From the human T2T-CHM13v2.0 reference genome, Homo sapiens: 64,000 nucleotides of DNA. The stretch is taken from the NCBI RefSeq assembly GCF_009914755.1, contig NC_060927.1. One strand, written 5' to 3'. This document shows, piece after piece, positions 29,973 to 45,188 of the stretch. The translations under genes and the position numbers were made by a program. How positions within the stretch are numbered: the first letter of the stretch is position 1; every line of letters begins with the position of its first letter. The notes beneath the pieces are model-generated. The model did no database searches. It was not told the DNA's origin and worked only from the letters and a program-made list of their open reading frames with translations.

Positions 29973-29996
29973 TATATATATATATATATATATATA
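29973..29996. repeat. (TA)n in GSK3B 3'UTR
   Basis: Read directly. Confidence 0.95.
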
Positions 29997-32058
29997 ATAA
30001 ATTTTGTTTTTTAGGTTTGTTTTTAAGATGGAAGTGGTCACGCTAATTGGTATGTGTACAGGCCCAAGTGATCCATCGGCAACACATTTATAAATGCAAA
30101 TTTTACAGGCAAGCAGATTTTCATACAACTATCTGTATCTGCCTGTAGACAGATATAGTTAAGGAAAAAAAAACTTAAAAATTAACACAAGGAAGTCTAC
30201 TTTGTCAAGCTAACCCCTTATGTACTGGTTGTCATTTTGCTTTTATTGCAGAGGTGCAAAACGGAGCAACAAACTTGAATAAAACGGCATAACCCTTGTG
30301 AAAATAATCCAAACCCCAGGGATTACTTTCAAAGCCTCTCAAAGGTAGATCTCAGTCTGGGACTCTACTGTGCTTCTAGTTGTCTCTTTTATTTTCAGTG
30401 GCTCAGGTTTCTACCAGAAAAGACAGATTTTATTGTAAAGCATACCTACTTTTCCACACAGGGGAGAAAAGTGTTTGGCTCTGTGATTAGATGATCACTA
30501 ACATGAACAGTAGGAATCAGATACAATTTCAGTTGAAAAGAAAGAAAACCCCCCAAATTCCTGGGGATCTGGCATTGGCCAAACTTCCTTTGGAAGATTC
30601 CAAAGTTAAATCCTTTAAAAAGGAAAGGGAAAAATAGATGAAATGCCAGTGTCTTCATATCCACAGGGATAGAGAATACTCCTCTCAGAAACCTTTGCAT
30701 TGGTGCAGACAAGATGACTGGTTAGGCATACATTGTTAAAACATAAACCAAAAATGTGTCTAAAAATTAAGAGGACTTAAAAAAAATGACACAGCATGTC
30801 ACTGGAAAGAAGGTGCAGTCTTCTGCCTTGCTGGAATGAACACACGATGTTTCAAAAATAGTAACCTTTGGTTTGGTAGTTTTTTCTTCTATTCAAGACA
30901 TTTTATATGGACTACTTTGAGGCAAAACATTCTATTTTTCTTTCAAAAAAGGCCTTCGTGTTGGGCACACAGTAAGAATTAAACTGATTTTTTTTAAAAG
31001 AAATTAAAATGATATTTCATTGAGCAAGGGTAGAGATGGCGGGAGGGAGGAAATGGGCTAAGAGTTCCCTTGTTAAAACAACAGTCCTCTATTGGCACGG
31101 TGGCACTCCGTGCAGTAACTGCTAGTAATTGCACTATAGCATTTTAGACCACTGACGTATCAAAACCTGATACTATTAGGAAACTTCGATTTATAAAAAA
31201 ACAATTCTCTGTCACTCTCTCATTTGGGAGGGAAGTAGATAAAAGAGGAGAGAGAGAGAGCATGGAAGGCTCCCAGAATCTGCTGTTTTTAAGACCCATG
31301 GTTAGGGCTTGTGGAAGAGACGAGCAAAATTTAATCTATTCGATATCCTCCAGCTCTAGGGCTCCCTGGTGCTACACTAAGTCCCTGAATGGACTAAGTA
31401 TGAAATGAAACCGGTCTCACTGCTACCGAGGAGGAAAGACATTCAGAACCAAAACAAAGGCAGGGCTTCAACGAAATGAAATTACGAATATGATTTCCTC
31501 TTCCCACTCCTGAGTATGGTATCACTGAAACTTAACTGTGGAAGGGGCAAAGATACTGTTATGAGTGAGTTATTATTTCAAAGGGAAAGGGGGTGGACAG
31601 GGAGACATGGATAAAGGAAACCAATTAAAATTTAAAAAAGAACAAATTAAAAAAAAAAACACATGGAAGCGAAGGCACTCCAAACTATATAGATACACTA
31701 TACATTGCTAGAGTTATTGTTACAATAATACAGGCCGGTACCTACTGTACAGAGTTAAAACTATATGGCTTTAAAAAGCTCGTCTACATTTTGTCTGATT
31801 ATTAAACAGAATCACTGCCCTGAACAGTAACTTTTTGCTCATTAATAACAGTTCCTGGGTCCACATATTTACATACAAAACAATAAAACTTAAATTTAAA
31901 AACACAGAAAGAAAATATAATGTACAAGCTTGAATTTGGTGAGGAGCTTTTTATTATTATTATATACAAAAAGATATTCAGAGACCTGGATCTCACTTGT
32001 ATAAAAGAGTTCTGTGATCCCACCATGATCCTTGAGAAAGAAAAATCACACATCTCAG

Positions 32059-32094
32059 CACACACACACACACACACGCACACATGCACACACA
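32059..32094. repeat. Imperfect (CA)n, i.e. (UG)n in the GSK3B mRNA
   Basis: Read directly. Confidence 0.93.
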
Positions 32095-34512
32095 ATGAAA
32101 TGAGAGAAAAGCGTGACTTTTCTCTCTTCTTTTACCCCAGTTGTGGGGGGCAACCTGTTTCCTAAAATAAGCACTGATTTTTATGGACTCTGGGGAGTAT
32201 ACCACGTCCAGAGCAGTGTCTGCATCCAAACGCTTGCTGGGCAGTTGGATCTGAATGCAGGTCCATTTCTCTATCACAGACCTGCCTTTTCAGATTCTTT
32301 ATAAATTCTGTCTGAAAATGGTCTATCAACGCCACTACCTTTAAGGAGTTATGCTGCCAAATACTTTGATTTCAGACTTCTTTCAAATCTTAGCTTTCAG
32401 AAGCACTTTATAAAACATAAAATTCAATTTGTTTGATTTGGTTTGACTGAGCATGTTTCCTTTCTCATAAACTCTGATATATCCAGAGGTTTGTGAAACC
32501 CCTTTTGTGGCCCAAGACCTCAGCTAAACAGCGAGTGAAAACCAAGATGGCTCACAGTTGTCTTTCTGGGTACTGGTTCACTTCAGCAGGCAGGACAACT
32601 CTCTTGGAGAGTCACACACACAGTTAAGGAGCAGGACAGGGTGCTAGGGCCTGCAGGAGGGCTGCCAACAGACTCCACTTCCGAACCCTCTGGAGGACGA
32701 GACCCATAAAGTGACCTAAGGTGGCAATGAGGAGGGTGAGGGCAAGTTACACACAACCATGGGCTCAGCTCTGCAGCCCTACAGTTACCAGCTAACCTTG
32801 GAAGGCATGTGGGGAAGGAGCGGGTAGGAGGGAAAGGCGGCCATCACTCAAGTGATCTTTAAATGTAAAGTACAACTGATTGTGCCTTAAAGATTCATAG
32901 GTCAAGTAATGGCCCATAAGCACCAAGGTGACTAAAGTTCATTTTAGAGTATATAAGGCCCACATAGATGCCAACCTTAAAAGTATAAAACAAACTAGTC
33001 ATGAAAATCTATTTCCTCACGGCAAACATAGTCCTTCAATTCTCCTTGCTTTCCAAGGAATATTGCTTTTTCTTCAAAAAGAGAGACTGATTCTTAACAT
33101 CGTTCACTGATACACAAAGAAAACAGACACAAAAACTCTTAACTGGGTGTGGGGGAAACATTCTTCTCATGCTTCAACCAGTCAATTTTGATACTGTAGA
33201 CAAAAAAAAAGGCAGTATTGAATATATGTATATATAACATATATACACACATTTATATCATCAGCTTTCCTATAAAGTCAGCAGGTATAAGTGACTGTAT
33301 CATTCTGATGTGTAGTTTTTAATATTTCTACCATCTGACATGCATCAATAAATAAATGTAAAAAGCATGAGGTTAAAAAACAAATTAAATACAGATTCTA
33401 GATTTGGATTTAAAATTAGAACTATGTGTAGAATGTGGCTATTTCTGCAAGCTCAATTTTCAATTAAAAAATATGAAAAATAAACCAGTAGACGACTGTT
33501 ACAGTTCACATTATTTAACTACAATGTCCTCTCAAGTGTATCTTTCCAAGGGAAGTAACTTTAGAAAAAAATCTGGACAAACTTATTCACAGTGGTGAGA
33601 TGTATCCCTGACCTGTCCCCTTCCTCTGGGCTCATCAGCCTTTGACCTCAGCAGCTAGCTCAGCCTGCTCAACACCCCTTCCATCTCCTCCCAGGTCACT
33701 AGTTTGAAACTGTGCTAAGATTTGCAAAGAACTTTGGTCAGGCAAACAAAGAGCCACCTGTAGAGCATGTGTGCCTGAGTCTTGCTTGCTGCTTCCCCTC
33801 TGGCAGCCTCCTGTACAAGCCTCTACATCACTAGCACTAACTGAGAGCAAAACAAAACCTTAACAAATCTACTAAGAATCTTCCCTGTAGAGTTCCAAAC
33901 TTTATTGACCTCCCTGGGTTACGAATGATACACATTTCTTTGTCTGCCACACCTGCCACCAACATGCCAAAGGCAAGTCTATAAATACCCGAAGATATGG
34001 ATTAATTTTACAAGTGACATTTAAGTCCCCGTTGAGTTATACCTGCTAAGCTCCCAACCAATTTCAAGCTGTGCACTATACCAAAGTCTCACACTAGACT
34101 TTAAAAGAAAACAAAGTTCAAAAAAACCCATCAGCACAGAAAAAGGTTTTCTTCTTTTGTGGAAGGGGCATGAGGCAGGAGTCCTGTTTTTAAAGTATAC
34201 AACAGCAGACTTTTAATAAAAAAAGATTGTCGTGGGAGAGAGATTGTATGTTCTAGTGCTCCGCTTTCCCCCTCCCCACAACCCCTCCCACCCCCTGGAT
34301 CTCCCTCAAAGTGAGAATACAATGAAATTGGTTTGTATTTATAGATATTTTACAAGGTTAAATAAGAACAACAATAATAATAAAAAAATTGAACACTAAA
34401 ATGAACAGGATTTTTTTCTCTTTTTAATATTCTTTCCAAACGTGACCAGTGTTGCTGAGTGACACTCAAGTAACTGGTGGTTTTTCCTGTGCAGCTGGCT
34501 GCTCGGGACTGT

Positions 34513-34580
34513 TCAGGTGGAGTTGGAAGCTGATGCAGAAGCAGCATTATTGGTCTGTCCACGGTCTCCAGTATTAGCAT
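34513..34580 (-). CDS. GSK3B: GSK-3 beta last coding exon (no matching ORF in the supplied track)
   Basis: - strand: cttgcag|AT GCT AAT ACT GGA GAC CGT...ACC TGA = (D)ANTGDRGQTNNAASASASNST*, the GSK3B C-terminus. Confidence 0.97.
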
Positions 34581-35139
34581 CTGCAAGTCAAAAAGTCCCA
34601 AGAGAGAGCATGAGCAATGCTATAACAACAAAAGAGAACAAGTACACTGTTTCAACTGCAGGCTGTGAACTGTATGGCCTTCCAAGCTGTTATTTGGAAC
34701 GTTGTTTTAAATAAGGCCAACACTATGAAATCTGAATTTCTCTATTCTTGGATTTAAGTTCATGCCTCAGCATGGTCCTGGTACCGGGAAGACAGTGTCT
34801 TTGAATAAGTTGCAGACTCAGGGAGCCAGAGACCATTTCAGTCAAAGCTCTTGCTACAGCTGGGATCAGCTGTATATGAACACTCAGCTGGAGTCTAGTT
34901 CACTTGAAAATAAATGAACAGTGCACAGCTGGGAAAACTTGCTAAAAATTTGAACCATGTTACAATATGCCATCTGCTTAAGTAAGTAAATAGGTGGAGG
35001 CAATGAAAGTAACGTGGGTCAGTGTTGATGGGCAGAACAGACCCTCTTCATTATTCATAGAGATGGAAGACAGATAACCAGCAAAAAAGAAACAGCAACT
35101 GCAGTACCAATTCACTTAGTCAATTTAATAAAGCATCTT

Positions 35140-35850
35140 GTATCAACAGATGAATGGATAAAAGAAAATGTGGTATATATACACAATGGGGTAATATGTA
35201 GCCATAAGAGAGAAAGATGGGAGGCTAAGTGGGAGGACTGCTTGAGCCAGAGAGGTTGAGGCTGCAAGTGAGCCAAGACCACCTGGGAGACACAGTAAGA
35301 TACCGTCTTTAAAAAAAAAAAAAAAAAAAAAAATAGAGAGAGAGAGAGAAGAAAGAAAAGAGAAAAGAAAAAGAAAAAGAATGAGATCCTGCCATTTGCA
35401 ACAACATGGATGGAACTGAAGTCATTATGTGAAGTGAAATAAGCCAGACAGAGAAAGACAAACTTTGCATGTTCTCACTTATTTGTAGGAGCTAAAATTT
35501 AAAACAACTGAACTCACGGAGTTAGAGAGAAGGATTGTTACCAGAGGTTGGGAAGGGTAGCGGGGGTGGGGGAAGTGGGGATGGTTAATGGGTACAAAAA
35601 AAAAAATGTATAAGACCTAGTATTTGCTAGCAAAACAGGGTGACTACAGTACAAAAATAATTTAATTGTACATTTTAAAATAACAAAGTATGACTGGATT
35701 GTTTGTAACATAAAGGATAAATGCTTGAGGTGATGAATATCCCATTTACCCTGATATGATTATTACACATTCCATGTCTATATCAAAATATCTCAGGTAA
35801 CCCATAAATATATACACCTACTATGTCCCCACAAAAATTAAAAATTAAGA
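35140..35850 (+). mobile_element. L1 3' end (L1MA/L1PB-like) with an inserted Alu fragment (~35215-35335)
   Basis: CAACAGATGAATGGATAAAAGAAAATGTGGTATATATACACAATGG...CATTTGCAACAACATGGATGGAACTG...AAATATATACACCTACTATGT. Confidence 0.85.
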
Positions 35851-38479
35851 AAAGGAAAGCATCTTGTAGTCAAATCTTGACGTAGAACTTACTTAGAGCT
35901 TACTTTGCCCTAATCTTTTAGAAATACGTACAACTCTACAACTAACCATTATCTCCTCCCCCCTTTTAAGGTCTATTATTATTTCACAGCATCCATTAAC
36001 ATTTAAGTGGGCATCTAACTGTGTCCAAATTGGTTTAGTAGACTGCTGTTTTAGTGGCTATCAAGTTGCATCCTTGTCATCTCTCTTAATGACAGAGAAG
36101 GTACTGCTGGCCAAATTTTCTCCCAAAGATTTCACACTAAGCCCTGAGCAAGAGAGGTAGCTTGACTGGGATGGGCAACTTTGAAAAGCCATCTCTCTAG
36201 AAGCCACAATGCCATCAAGGTTGGTGACACCGAAAGGCAGACTCAGAAGTTTTTTTCTCTCTAGGACTGAAGGGATTTGTAGATCTACCATGTGCTATGG
36301 TGAGTAGAATAACCAATGTCATGGTTGAATGCAACGTTTGGTCCTGGATCTTTCTACTTTGAATTTCTGAATTAGAGGGAGACACAGAATATCCAAGGAC
36401 ACATAGGGAACTCTATGATGGATTAGCTGTTCAGTTTATCATTTCTAAAGCCAATCTATAAAAATTATACTTCCTAATTTCCCGATAAGCTGCCCTTATA
36501 TACATTTAGCACAGCCTTTGGGGAAGGAATGTGAATATCTCTTAATGTGAATGATTAGGTTTAATTCATTTAATTTCCTTCAAAATAGCTAAAGCTGCTT
36601 CTAATCTTGTTGTCATGTACACAAGTGAAGATATTATGGCATCAGAATCCACACATTAGGTTCATATAGCCCATGTAATGGGGTCATATTAATTCATCAG
36701 TATGGCAAATGAACAGGTGGCAGGAAAGGGTATATGACACAGAACCTACTCTCCAAAGCCAGGCTGACCACCTTTTCTAACAATCACTGAGGAACTATGC
36801 TAACACTTCATTCGTGACTCCTGACCTTCCTTAGATATGCCCTGTTTAAAGAAGTTTTACCCTTAATGATCATCCACATTCTGTGCATCAATAACCTAAC
36901 ATCAATTCCTGTCTAGACCACAGATTCCTCCAAGCCTTTCTCAGATAAAATGTTCATTTTCATGATTCATGCACAGGCTGCATTAAAAAAAAAATCCAGA
37001 GAAAACCTGGAACACCACAAACCCATGCTTATTGCAGCATGTCACATGCTCTGATGACACTCAGAACCTATGCATGACCATCATCCAACAGCATTTCCTT
37101 CTCATTTTCAGTATGGGAAGATAACAGGTAGAACTGTCATTCTGGTCTTCCCCAGGACTTATGGGAGGCACTGATCATCAGAAATTTATCTATCTGTTTG
37201 ACCACTACATCAGCACCCATGCCAACATGGAGAGAGCAGCTCTGGCCACGGCAGCCATTAACTACACTGGCTGACATCAGTTTTACCTCATCTACATGGC
37301 CACCAGCCCATTTATGTTAATTTGCTCTTTAGCAAAATCCTATTTGGCATTAATGTGCAGATGTCCTTTCACTGACTACAGCCTGTGAGCTTGTGACATT
37401 GCCAAAACCAGTCTCCTCTTTCTTGGATAAATTCAACGACTGCTTGCATGATCACAGTAAAAAGCACAAGCCTTTTAAGTGAGCATAAAACCAGAAACAA
37501 ATTCACTTTCTGAACAATAAAATTTGATAGACACCCATGCTCTTCAGACCTGTAATGATCTCATATTTTTCTCTTGAATTATTTTCAAATCACTTAATGA
37601 ACATAATTTTAACGCTAATTATTTTGATTATAAATATCTTTGATATCGAAAGTCACAGTCCTACAGACATTCATCAAAAAAACTTTTGCCTGATGCAATG
37701 AGCTCCACTTAAAATCAAATCACACATGTCCTTGCTGAGAAGAACAGAGTTCTCTTTTTCAGAGGAAGACAAAGTACAGAGAGGGAAAAAGTAAAACAAA
37801 AAAAGGCAAAGTTCTATAAATTCAATACTCAATAGTAGGTTTAAAAGACCACCCAGCTTACTGACTGAGTAAAGTTACATTTCATAATCTCTACAATCCC
37901 ATCATAAAGATGGACTGGCCCCTGGGCCAGGTAAAGTAGGAGGAGCTGACCTCTTGGTGGCTGGGAAGAAACTAGTTCAAGATCAGGAAACAAGACAACA
38001 CAGATTACCACCTTTTTAGAAATAACTCAAGAAACAAATCTTGGCACATGCTTATTTTGTTCCCACCATCACTCTGTAAATTTATTTTACACAATGGAAT
38101 CTGAATTAATGAGCTTTCTATTAAAATGTTTATTAATTTAAAATTCCGATAAATTGTCATTGGATTTAGTTTAGTGTAATTTCTGTAACTTTTCTTCTCA
38201 AACATTTAAATAGTGACTCCACAACATAAAAACAGCAAAGTTCATTTTACTTCTCCTTACATTCCCTTCCCGTTACATATGCACTGGTAAAGTGACGCTA
38301 AATGGCATTATGGTTTAAAAGAGAGGCTAAGATCATTTTCATTATAAATGATCTGACTATGGATCATTAACCCACTCTAGTCTCTTGTTTTCAACCAGAG
38401 ATGCTCTTCTGAACTTCACACTGATACATCTTTCTTAAAACTAAACCAACTCTATAAACATTTATTGAGTATGAAGCCT

Positions 38480-38920
38480 ACTTGTACAACTTAATAGCTG
38501 TGTGATTTTGGAACACGTTATTTAATCTATCTCTCATTTCCTCATTGGTAAAATGGTAGTAATACCACCCACCTATGAAATGAGGCCTATGAAGTGCTTA
38601 GCACAGTATCTGGCATACAGCAATTGTTCAATAGATGGGAAGGTAAAAGAGACATCTAAAAATACATATATTTATAATCTAGTGTGACTGCAATAACCAA
38701 CATCATCACCAAAGTAAATACTAGTGACAGCATACTGCTTACCAATATGCCAGACACCACACTAAGTATTTTGCAGTCATGTCATTTAGCTCACACAGCA
38801 AATCTGAGAAATAGGTACAACTGTTACCTCTGTTTTGCAAATAGGAGAAAGGAAGCACAAATAGATTAAGGAATGTGCCCAAGACCATATAGCTAACAAG
38901 TAGGGGAGTGGAACACAGAG
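38480..38920. mobile_element. Two MIR fragments in opposite orientation
   Basis: TTTCCTCATTGGTAAAATGG...AAGTGCTTAGCACAGT (+) and CTTACCAATATGCCAGACAC...CCAAGACCATATAGCTAACAAGT (-). Confidence 0.65.
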
Positions 38921-39101
38921 CACAAGGGAGGAGAATAATCCATCTTATGGGCAGTAGGTGGCAGCAGAAAAGATTTCCTAGCAAAAGAAGAAAAGAGATT
39001 AAGATGACTTTCATTTAGAACTAACCTCAATAAAATCACTGTGATTTCTACAGGCACATTTCTATTATCTGTAAGAGACTTTACATTAAAAGAGAAGAGT
39101 G

Positions 39102-39498
<397 letters not shown>

Positions 39499-39686
39499 CT
39501 ACAGAACTGACATTTCACTGACTTTGAAGCTTCCTATAAACCAATGCCCATTATCACCTGTCTAATGCTACTATGGAAAAACAAGTAAACAAAAAAATGC
39601 CCCCAAACCAAGGATGGACTTAAGAGGAAATAGAACAATCAGCTTTGTGGGGAAGGAAAGGAAGGTACAAAATCATCCCTACACAC

Positions 39687-40200
39687 TGTGGTAGCTACTT
39701 TCCAAGATGACCCCAATGATTCATGCCTCTTGGTATCCATGCCTAATGCAGTCCATTCCCACACTGAATAGGACTGACCTGTGTAACTAATAGGATATTC
39801 CAGAAATAATGGTGTGTGACTTCCAAGGCTAGGACATAAAAGATACTGTGGCTTCTGCATTGCCTTCTTTCTTGAATTACTTAGTCTAGGGGAAGCCAGC
39901 TGCAATGATGTGAGATACTTAAGTAGCACTATGGAGAGGGCCACTTATTGAGTGACTGAGGCTTCCTGCATACAGGCAGCACATATTTGGTAACCACATG
40001 AATGAGAGCCACTGTGGAAGCAGAGCTTCTGCCTCCAGGCAAGTCATCAGACGACTGCATCCCTGGCTAATGTTTTGACTATGTCATGAGACTCTGACCC
40101 AGAACCACCTAGCTAAGCTGCTTCTAAATTCCTGACCCATAGAAACTATGTGAGATAATGTTTACTCTTGTTTTAAATAGCTAAATGTTGGGGGGGTAAA
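39687..40200 (+). mobile_element. MaLR LTR (MLT1-like)
   Basis: TGTGGTAG...CCCAGAACCACCTAGCTAAGCTGCTTCTAAATTCCTGACCCATAGAAACTATGTGAGATAATG. Confidence 0.75.
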
Positions 40201-41415
40201 CTAATATGCAGAAATAGATAACACACATGTATATGTCGAAGAACTTAAATGCCATTTAGGGGTTGCACTCACAAGCCAATGAGGGAATCGCTGACAAAAT
40301 CTCCCTACACAATTAGGTGTGCTTCTAAGAAACTGTACAAGACAAAAAAGGATTATATTAGATTTAATTCTTTTTTCCAGAATTGTTTTCTCAGGAATCA
40401 ATTGTTTTCTGAAAAGTCTATGGCTCTATGGCTTTGTACCAGATGCTGCAAAGCAAATTGGCACATGTATTAAAACCAATTTTATTCTGTGTGACATAAG
40501 AGGTAAAACACAACTTAGGCAGTCCCACAGTGAAACCAAGGGTAGAACCCTTAAGTATCAGGTTCCCAAAAGAGTCCATGAGGCTGTGATTTTTGTCCTG
40601 GAGTAAATTTTCATATGTAAAATTCTATATCTGGTATCATAATTTCTTTTTATAGGACAGGATCTACAGCATTTTTTGTTTTGTTTGTTTGTTTTTTTCA
40701 GATTCTCAAGAGATCTGTAAGAGTTGGCTAGATAATGGAGTCATGGATTAATGGTCAACTGTCTCAATACTGAGGAAACTGCCCCACCCAAATGTTCAAG
40801 TCATAAACGCAGAATTTCTTGCCTTGATTCCTTGCTGTCTGCATCCCCCCACCCCCCGCCCACAAATGGTCCTGTCCATACTCCCTGTCCCAAATGTGGT
40901 TGATCAAAGGTGCAAATGAGGAACAGGAAGGAGAGTGAATGGAAGGTCTCCATTTACACCTACTGCCAAAGGATTTAAATAAAAAGAGAGTAGAAAACAA
41001 GGAAATGGGTTGGGAGGAGAAGACAGAAAATAAACATAGGAGACAGGGTTCCAAAGGCCCTGCCACCATGAATTAGTATTCTAGATCTGTGTGTCTATAA
41101 AAAATTAAATTCTTCTGATTTATTGAAATGCTCACTATCTGGCCCAGCAGCAACCACAGAAATGTTCTATTTATATTCTCTAATATAGTAGCTGCTAACT
41201 ACATAAGGCTATTTATTTAAAGTAATTGACGTTAAAGATTAAAATTCAGTTCCTTATTTGCTCTCAACACATTTCAAGTTCTCAGCTACAAAATTATTAA
41301 ACATTTTACTATTTATATTGTTGGCATATTAGTAAAATAACATATTTTAGACAAATCAAATGAGCCTTTTTGTGTTTTACATGCACTTTATAAGTACACT
41401 TGGAAACATTAGGTT

Positions 41416-41726
41416 GTTTTTTTTTTTTTTTTTTTTTTTTAGACAGGGTCTCACTCTGTCACCTAGGCTGGAGTGCAGTGGCGCAATCTCAGCTCACTGC
41501 AACCTCTGCTTCCTGGGTTCAAGGGATTCTCCTGGCTTCCCGAGTAGCTGGGATTAAACAGGCACGCACCACCATGCCTGGCTAAATTTTTTTTTGTATT
41601 TTTAGTAGAGATGGGGTTTCGCCATGTTGGCCAGGCTGGTCTCGAACTCCTGGCTTCAAGTAATCTGACCGCCTCCACCTCCCAAAGTGCTGGGATTGTA
41701 GGTGTGAGTCACTGCACCCCGCCAGG
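41416..41726 (-). mobile_element. Alu (S-like)
   Basis: Antisense dimer with poly(T). Confidence 0.9.
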
Positions 41727-44479
41727 TATATTTTTATTCCCGTATTTCCTTTACTACGCTCTTGCCCAATAACAATCTCTTCCAAGCACATTTTACGTGT
41801 TTCTACTTATCAGGTATCCTCTTTCTATAATAGTTAGAAATGTCTTATGACAGGTCAATCTCTCTAGAAGATAAAATTAACAGCCTGGGAGATATTATTT
41901 ATACTGTGTACCTAACTCAGGATGTTCCTACTCAAGCTGTTCCAAGTGGAAATGCTTCTACTGTAAAACTATGTCTTAGATATTAATGTTATTAACTGGC
42001 ACATTAACAAACAAGATAATTACTCACAGAGAATCAAAGTATACCCTAAACTTATATTTAATTTGAAATTATAATTTACACTCATGAAATCAAAGTACAC
42101 CTGCAAGGAAAAGATGTGGCACAGAACACTAAGGTAGCCTTCAGTGATTATAAAAATAGCAGTAAAATTCGGATGCCTGTGAGCCAACCCCATCCACCAG
42201 GATACCTGGAAGACCTGTCAATAAGACTGTTTATATTTGATCTGCTGGCAGCTGAGAGGTCTCAGTTCCCTGTGAGCTCAGGGAAAGGGCACATTGTATT
42301 TAAGAAGTTTGGCTGTTCAGGGTAGAAAACTGAAGGTCATGGGGACACACAGGTAACATTTTCACTGTTCCTTTAAGTTAAAATGCTTAATTTAGGAATA
42401 AAGAAAAAAAAGGACATATAAATAAAAGTAGGTGACTTCAGGCAAGGAACTGAGGAACACTTCAGGGACACACGGAAAAATGTCTGATAGGGAATTCCAA
42501 CTTAATCCAGATTTTAAATTACTTTTAGAGGAGGGGAAAAACCGAGATAAAATTTTTGACTTGATAGGAGAGAACATGTTTTGCACAGAAAGCAAGAACT
42601 TCTAGAAGTGATGTCTAGGACTGCTCTGGTGAGAATAATGACTAAGCTGGTTTGATTTTAGGTATCTATATACAAACTCACAAAGTGAACCTGAAACCCT
42701 AACATGGGGTAGATACAATCTCATTGGTGTCAGTGAATTTGTCAAAATGGTATAGTTCAAAATGGAAGTCTGTATTTCAAATGCAGAGCCAACAGGAGGA
42801 AATGGATGCAACACTGTACCTAAAAAAGATGCACATATTAATTGGCTACCAAGTTGGTAACACCTAAAAATGTGTATGTGCACACATGCACACTGTACTT
42901 CCCCTACTCCCACTCTATGAGGACATGGGGCAATGGGGAAATAGAAAAGTACTTGTACTGACAGTGGGGAGTATGAACTGACAGCGGGACAAACTTTCAG
43001 AAAGCAATTTGACATTAAACTTTAAAATTCTTTATACTTTTTGACTCTACTTCTAAAAATTTAGAAGAATAAGTACAGCTTTATGCAAAGATATCTTCAA
43101 AGCATTTTTCAGAACAACAAAAACAAAAAACCCCATCTTCGACACAAACCAAAAGTCCAAGAATAAGAAATTAACTATGGTATAGCCTTAGGATATTGGT
43201 TGAATACTACAGTCTATACCTTCACCCTCTAAATAGCCTAAGCCCATTTTTTAAAAAACATGTCTCTCTGCCCATTCATATATAGACTAAAACATAATGT
43301 TATGTGTGATTATCTTTGAAAGTAGAATAGAGGCAATTTTTACTTCCTAAAATAACTATACACTATATGTTCTTGATAGACAAAAATGCCTGCTTTTTTG
43401 TTTTTTTTTAAAAAGTTGCAGACTTTTATGAAATTTAAAATCTATTTGGGTTAAGATAAAGAGAAAACAGGAAGAACAAGTTTACAAAGAGGAACAACAG
43501 GGCATGCACTGCAGCTTCTACACTAGACAGAATATGAACACAGCTTTCCCAATGTACACTGTAAAACTGGCCCAAAGACCAGGAATAATATTAGTAGTAC
43601 CTGGGGAAAGGATGAGGGAGGGTAACTGTCATTTTAGAAAAGCAAGCATCTAATAAACTGACAATTTGCTTAACATTTCACCTCTCAAAAACAGTAGAAA
43701 CAAACAATGAGAGAAATTATTCTGTGTTTAATTCTGCCCAACTAAAAAGAATTGGCTGGTATGTAGGTAACAGGAATTCTGGGGTGAAAATAATTGTAAT
43801 TGTAAGACAAAGGGGCCACTAGCCATAGCAAAATCTGAACGAGACTATAGCCAAATGAATTTTTAGAAGTTTGAAGAACAAATAGGTATGATTTTGTGGC
43901 TAAAGTCTTCAAAGGAGGCTAATAACTAACAAGAAATAGAAAAGCATAAACAAAATTTTGATCAAGTAATTGCAAATAATCTCAATGCAAATAAAGTAAC
44001 AGTAAGAGCTTTTCAAACCAAGATGAAGACAAGTTAAGCCTGCAGACCACGTAAAATGACAGACCTCATCCAAATGTTATCATGACTCCCCCTTCTGTTA
44101 GAAGGGTTTTCAACTTGAAAAGATATAATAAAAATCCTAATAAATAAAATGTGCCCCAAGGAAGGTGAGGGCAATCAAAAATTTTAAATGTCTTTAAACT
44201 CACAATCTATAGTCCAAGAAACAAATCTAAAACGGATTACAGAAACTCACAGCTTACAGATATTTAGGCACTAGAAATTTCCCCGTCTTAAAAACAACGG
44301 TTTGATTTCCATCTTTGATATGGTTACTTTTTTTTTAATGGAAAAAGGCTGAAAGTTTTCTTAAAACAATGAAGCATTTTACAAAGTGCTTTTTATAACC
44401 TCCTCCTATAAATGGGCATTTTAAAGGTTGGTCTGTAGTTAAGCAAACAAGAGGAATGACCAGTCACGAAGAGGAATGA

Positions 44480-44760
44480 CCAATCACTAAGAGACCACCA
44501 GAAGAGTAATCTCTAGGAAACCCAGCCCAGTTCCAATGAATTTATCAGTAACTTGAATAAAGGCAAAACATTTCTAGTAGGCTCTGCCTTGTCCTCTTTG
44601 ATATGTTTTATTAGTTGCTTGGATGGAGGTAAAAAACTGACATGTTTGTGAAATGTACAGATGACATACAATTGGGTAGAAAATCCAATACCCTAATACT
44701 TTAGAACAAATCCAGGATTAGGATTTAAAGCTGTCATTAGTATGGAGGGCAAGTTAGCTA
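44480..44760 (+). mobile_element. L3/CR1-like LINE reverse-transcriptase relic
   Basis: TGTTTGTGAAATGTACAGATGACATACAATTGGG resembles the CR1 KFADDTKLG-coding motif; heavily decayed. Confidence 0.45.
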
Positions 44761-44881
44761 TCATTAACATTTGAAGGACTTTTACATGGAAGGATCTGGA
44801 TGGTTCTGTTATAATTTCATAGTAGAATCACTGACTGGAAGAAGGCATACAGAAATAAATTTCAGGGTGAAAAAAGGATAA

Positions 44882-45188
<307 letters not shown>

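Larger units (their letters stand above)
29048..34512 (-). other. GSK3B: GSK3B long 3'UTR (~5.5 kb; distal end approximate)
   Basis: Follows the GSK3B stop; no recognisable SINE/LINE; AU-rich; several AATAAA on the - strand. Confidence 0.8.

Noticed and set aside
34517-34714. Plus-strand ORF MELEADAEAALL
   Set aside because: Antisense shadow of the GSK3B last exon
39972-39992. GGCAGCACATAT resembling the U6 snRNA 5' region
   Set aside because: Only ~12 nt match, and it lies inside an MLT1 LTR
44449-44493. 20-bp tandem duplication AAGAGGAATGACCA(G/A)TCAC as a CRISPR-like array
   Set aside because: Two adjacent copies with no spacers; an ordinary slippage duplication
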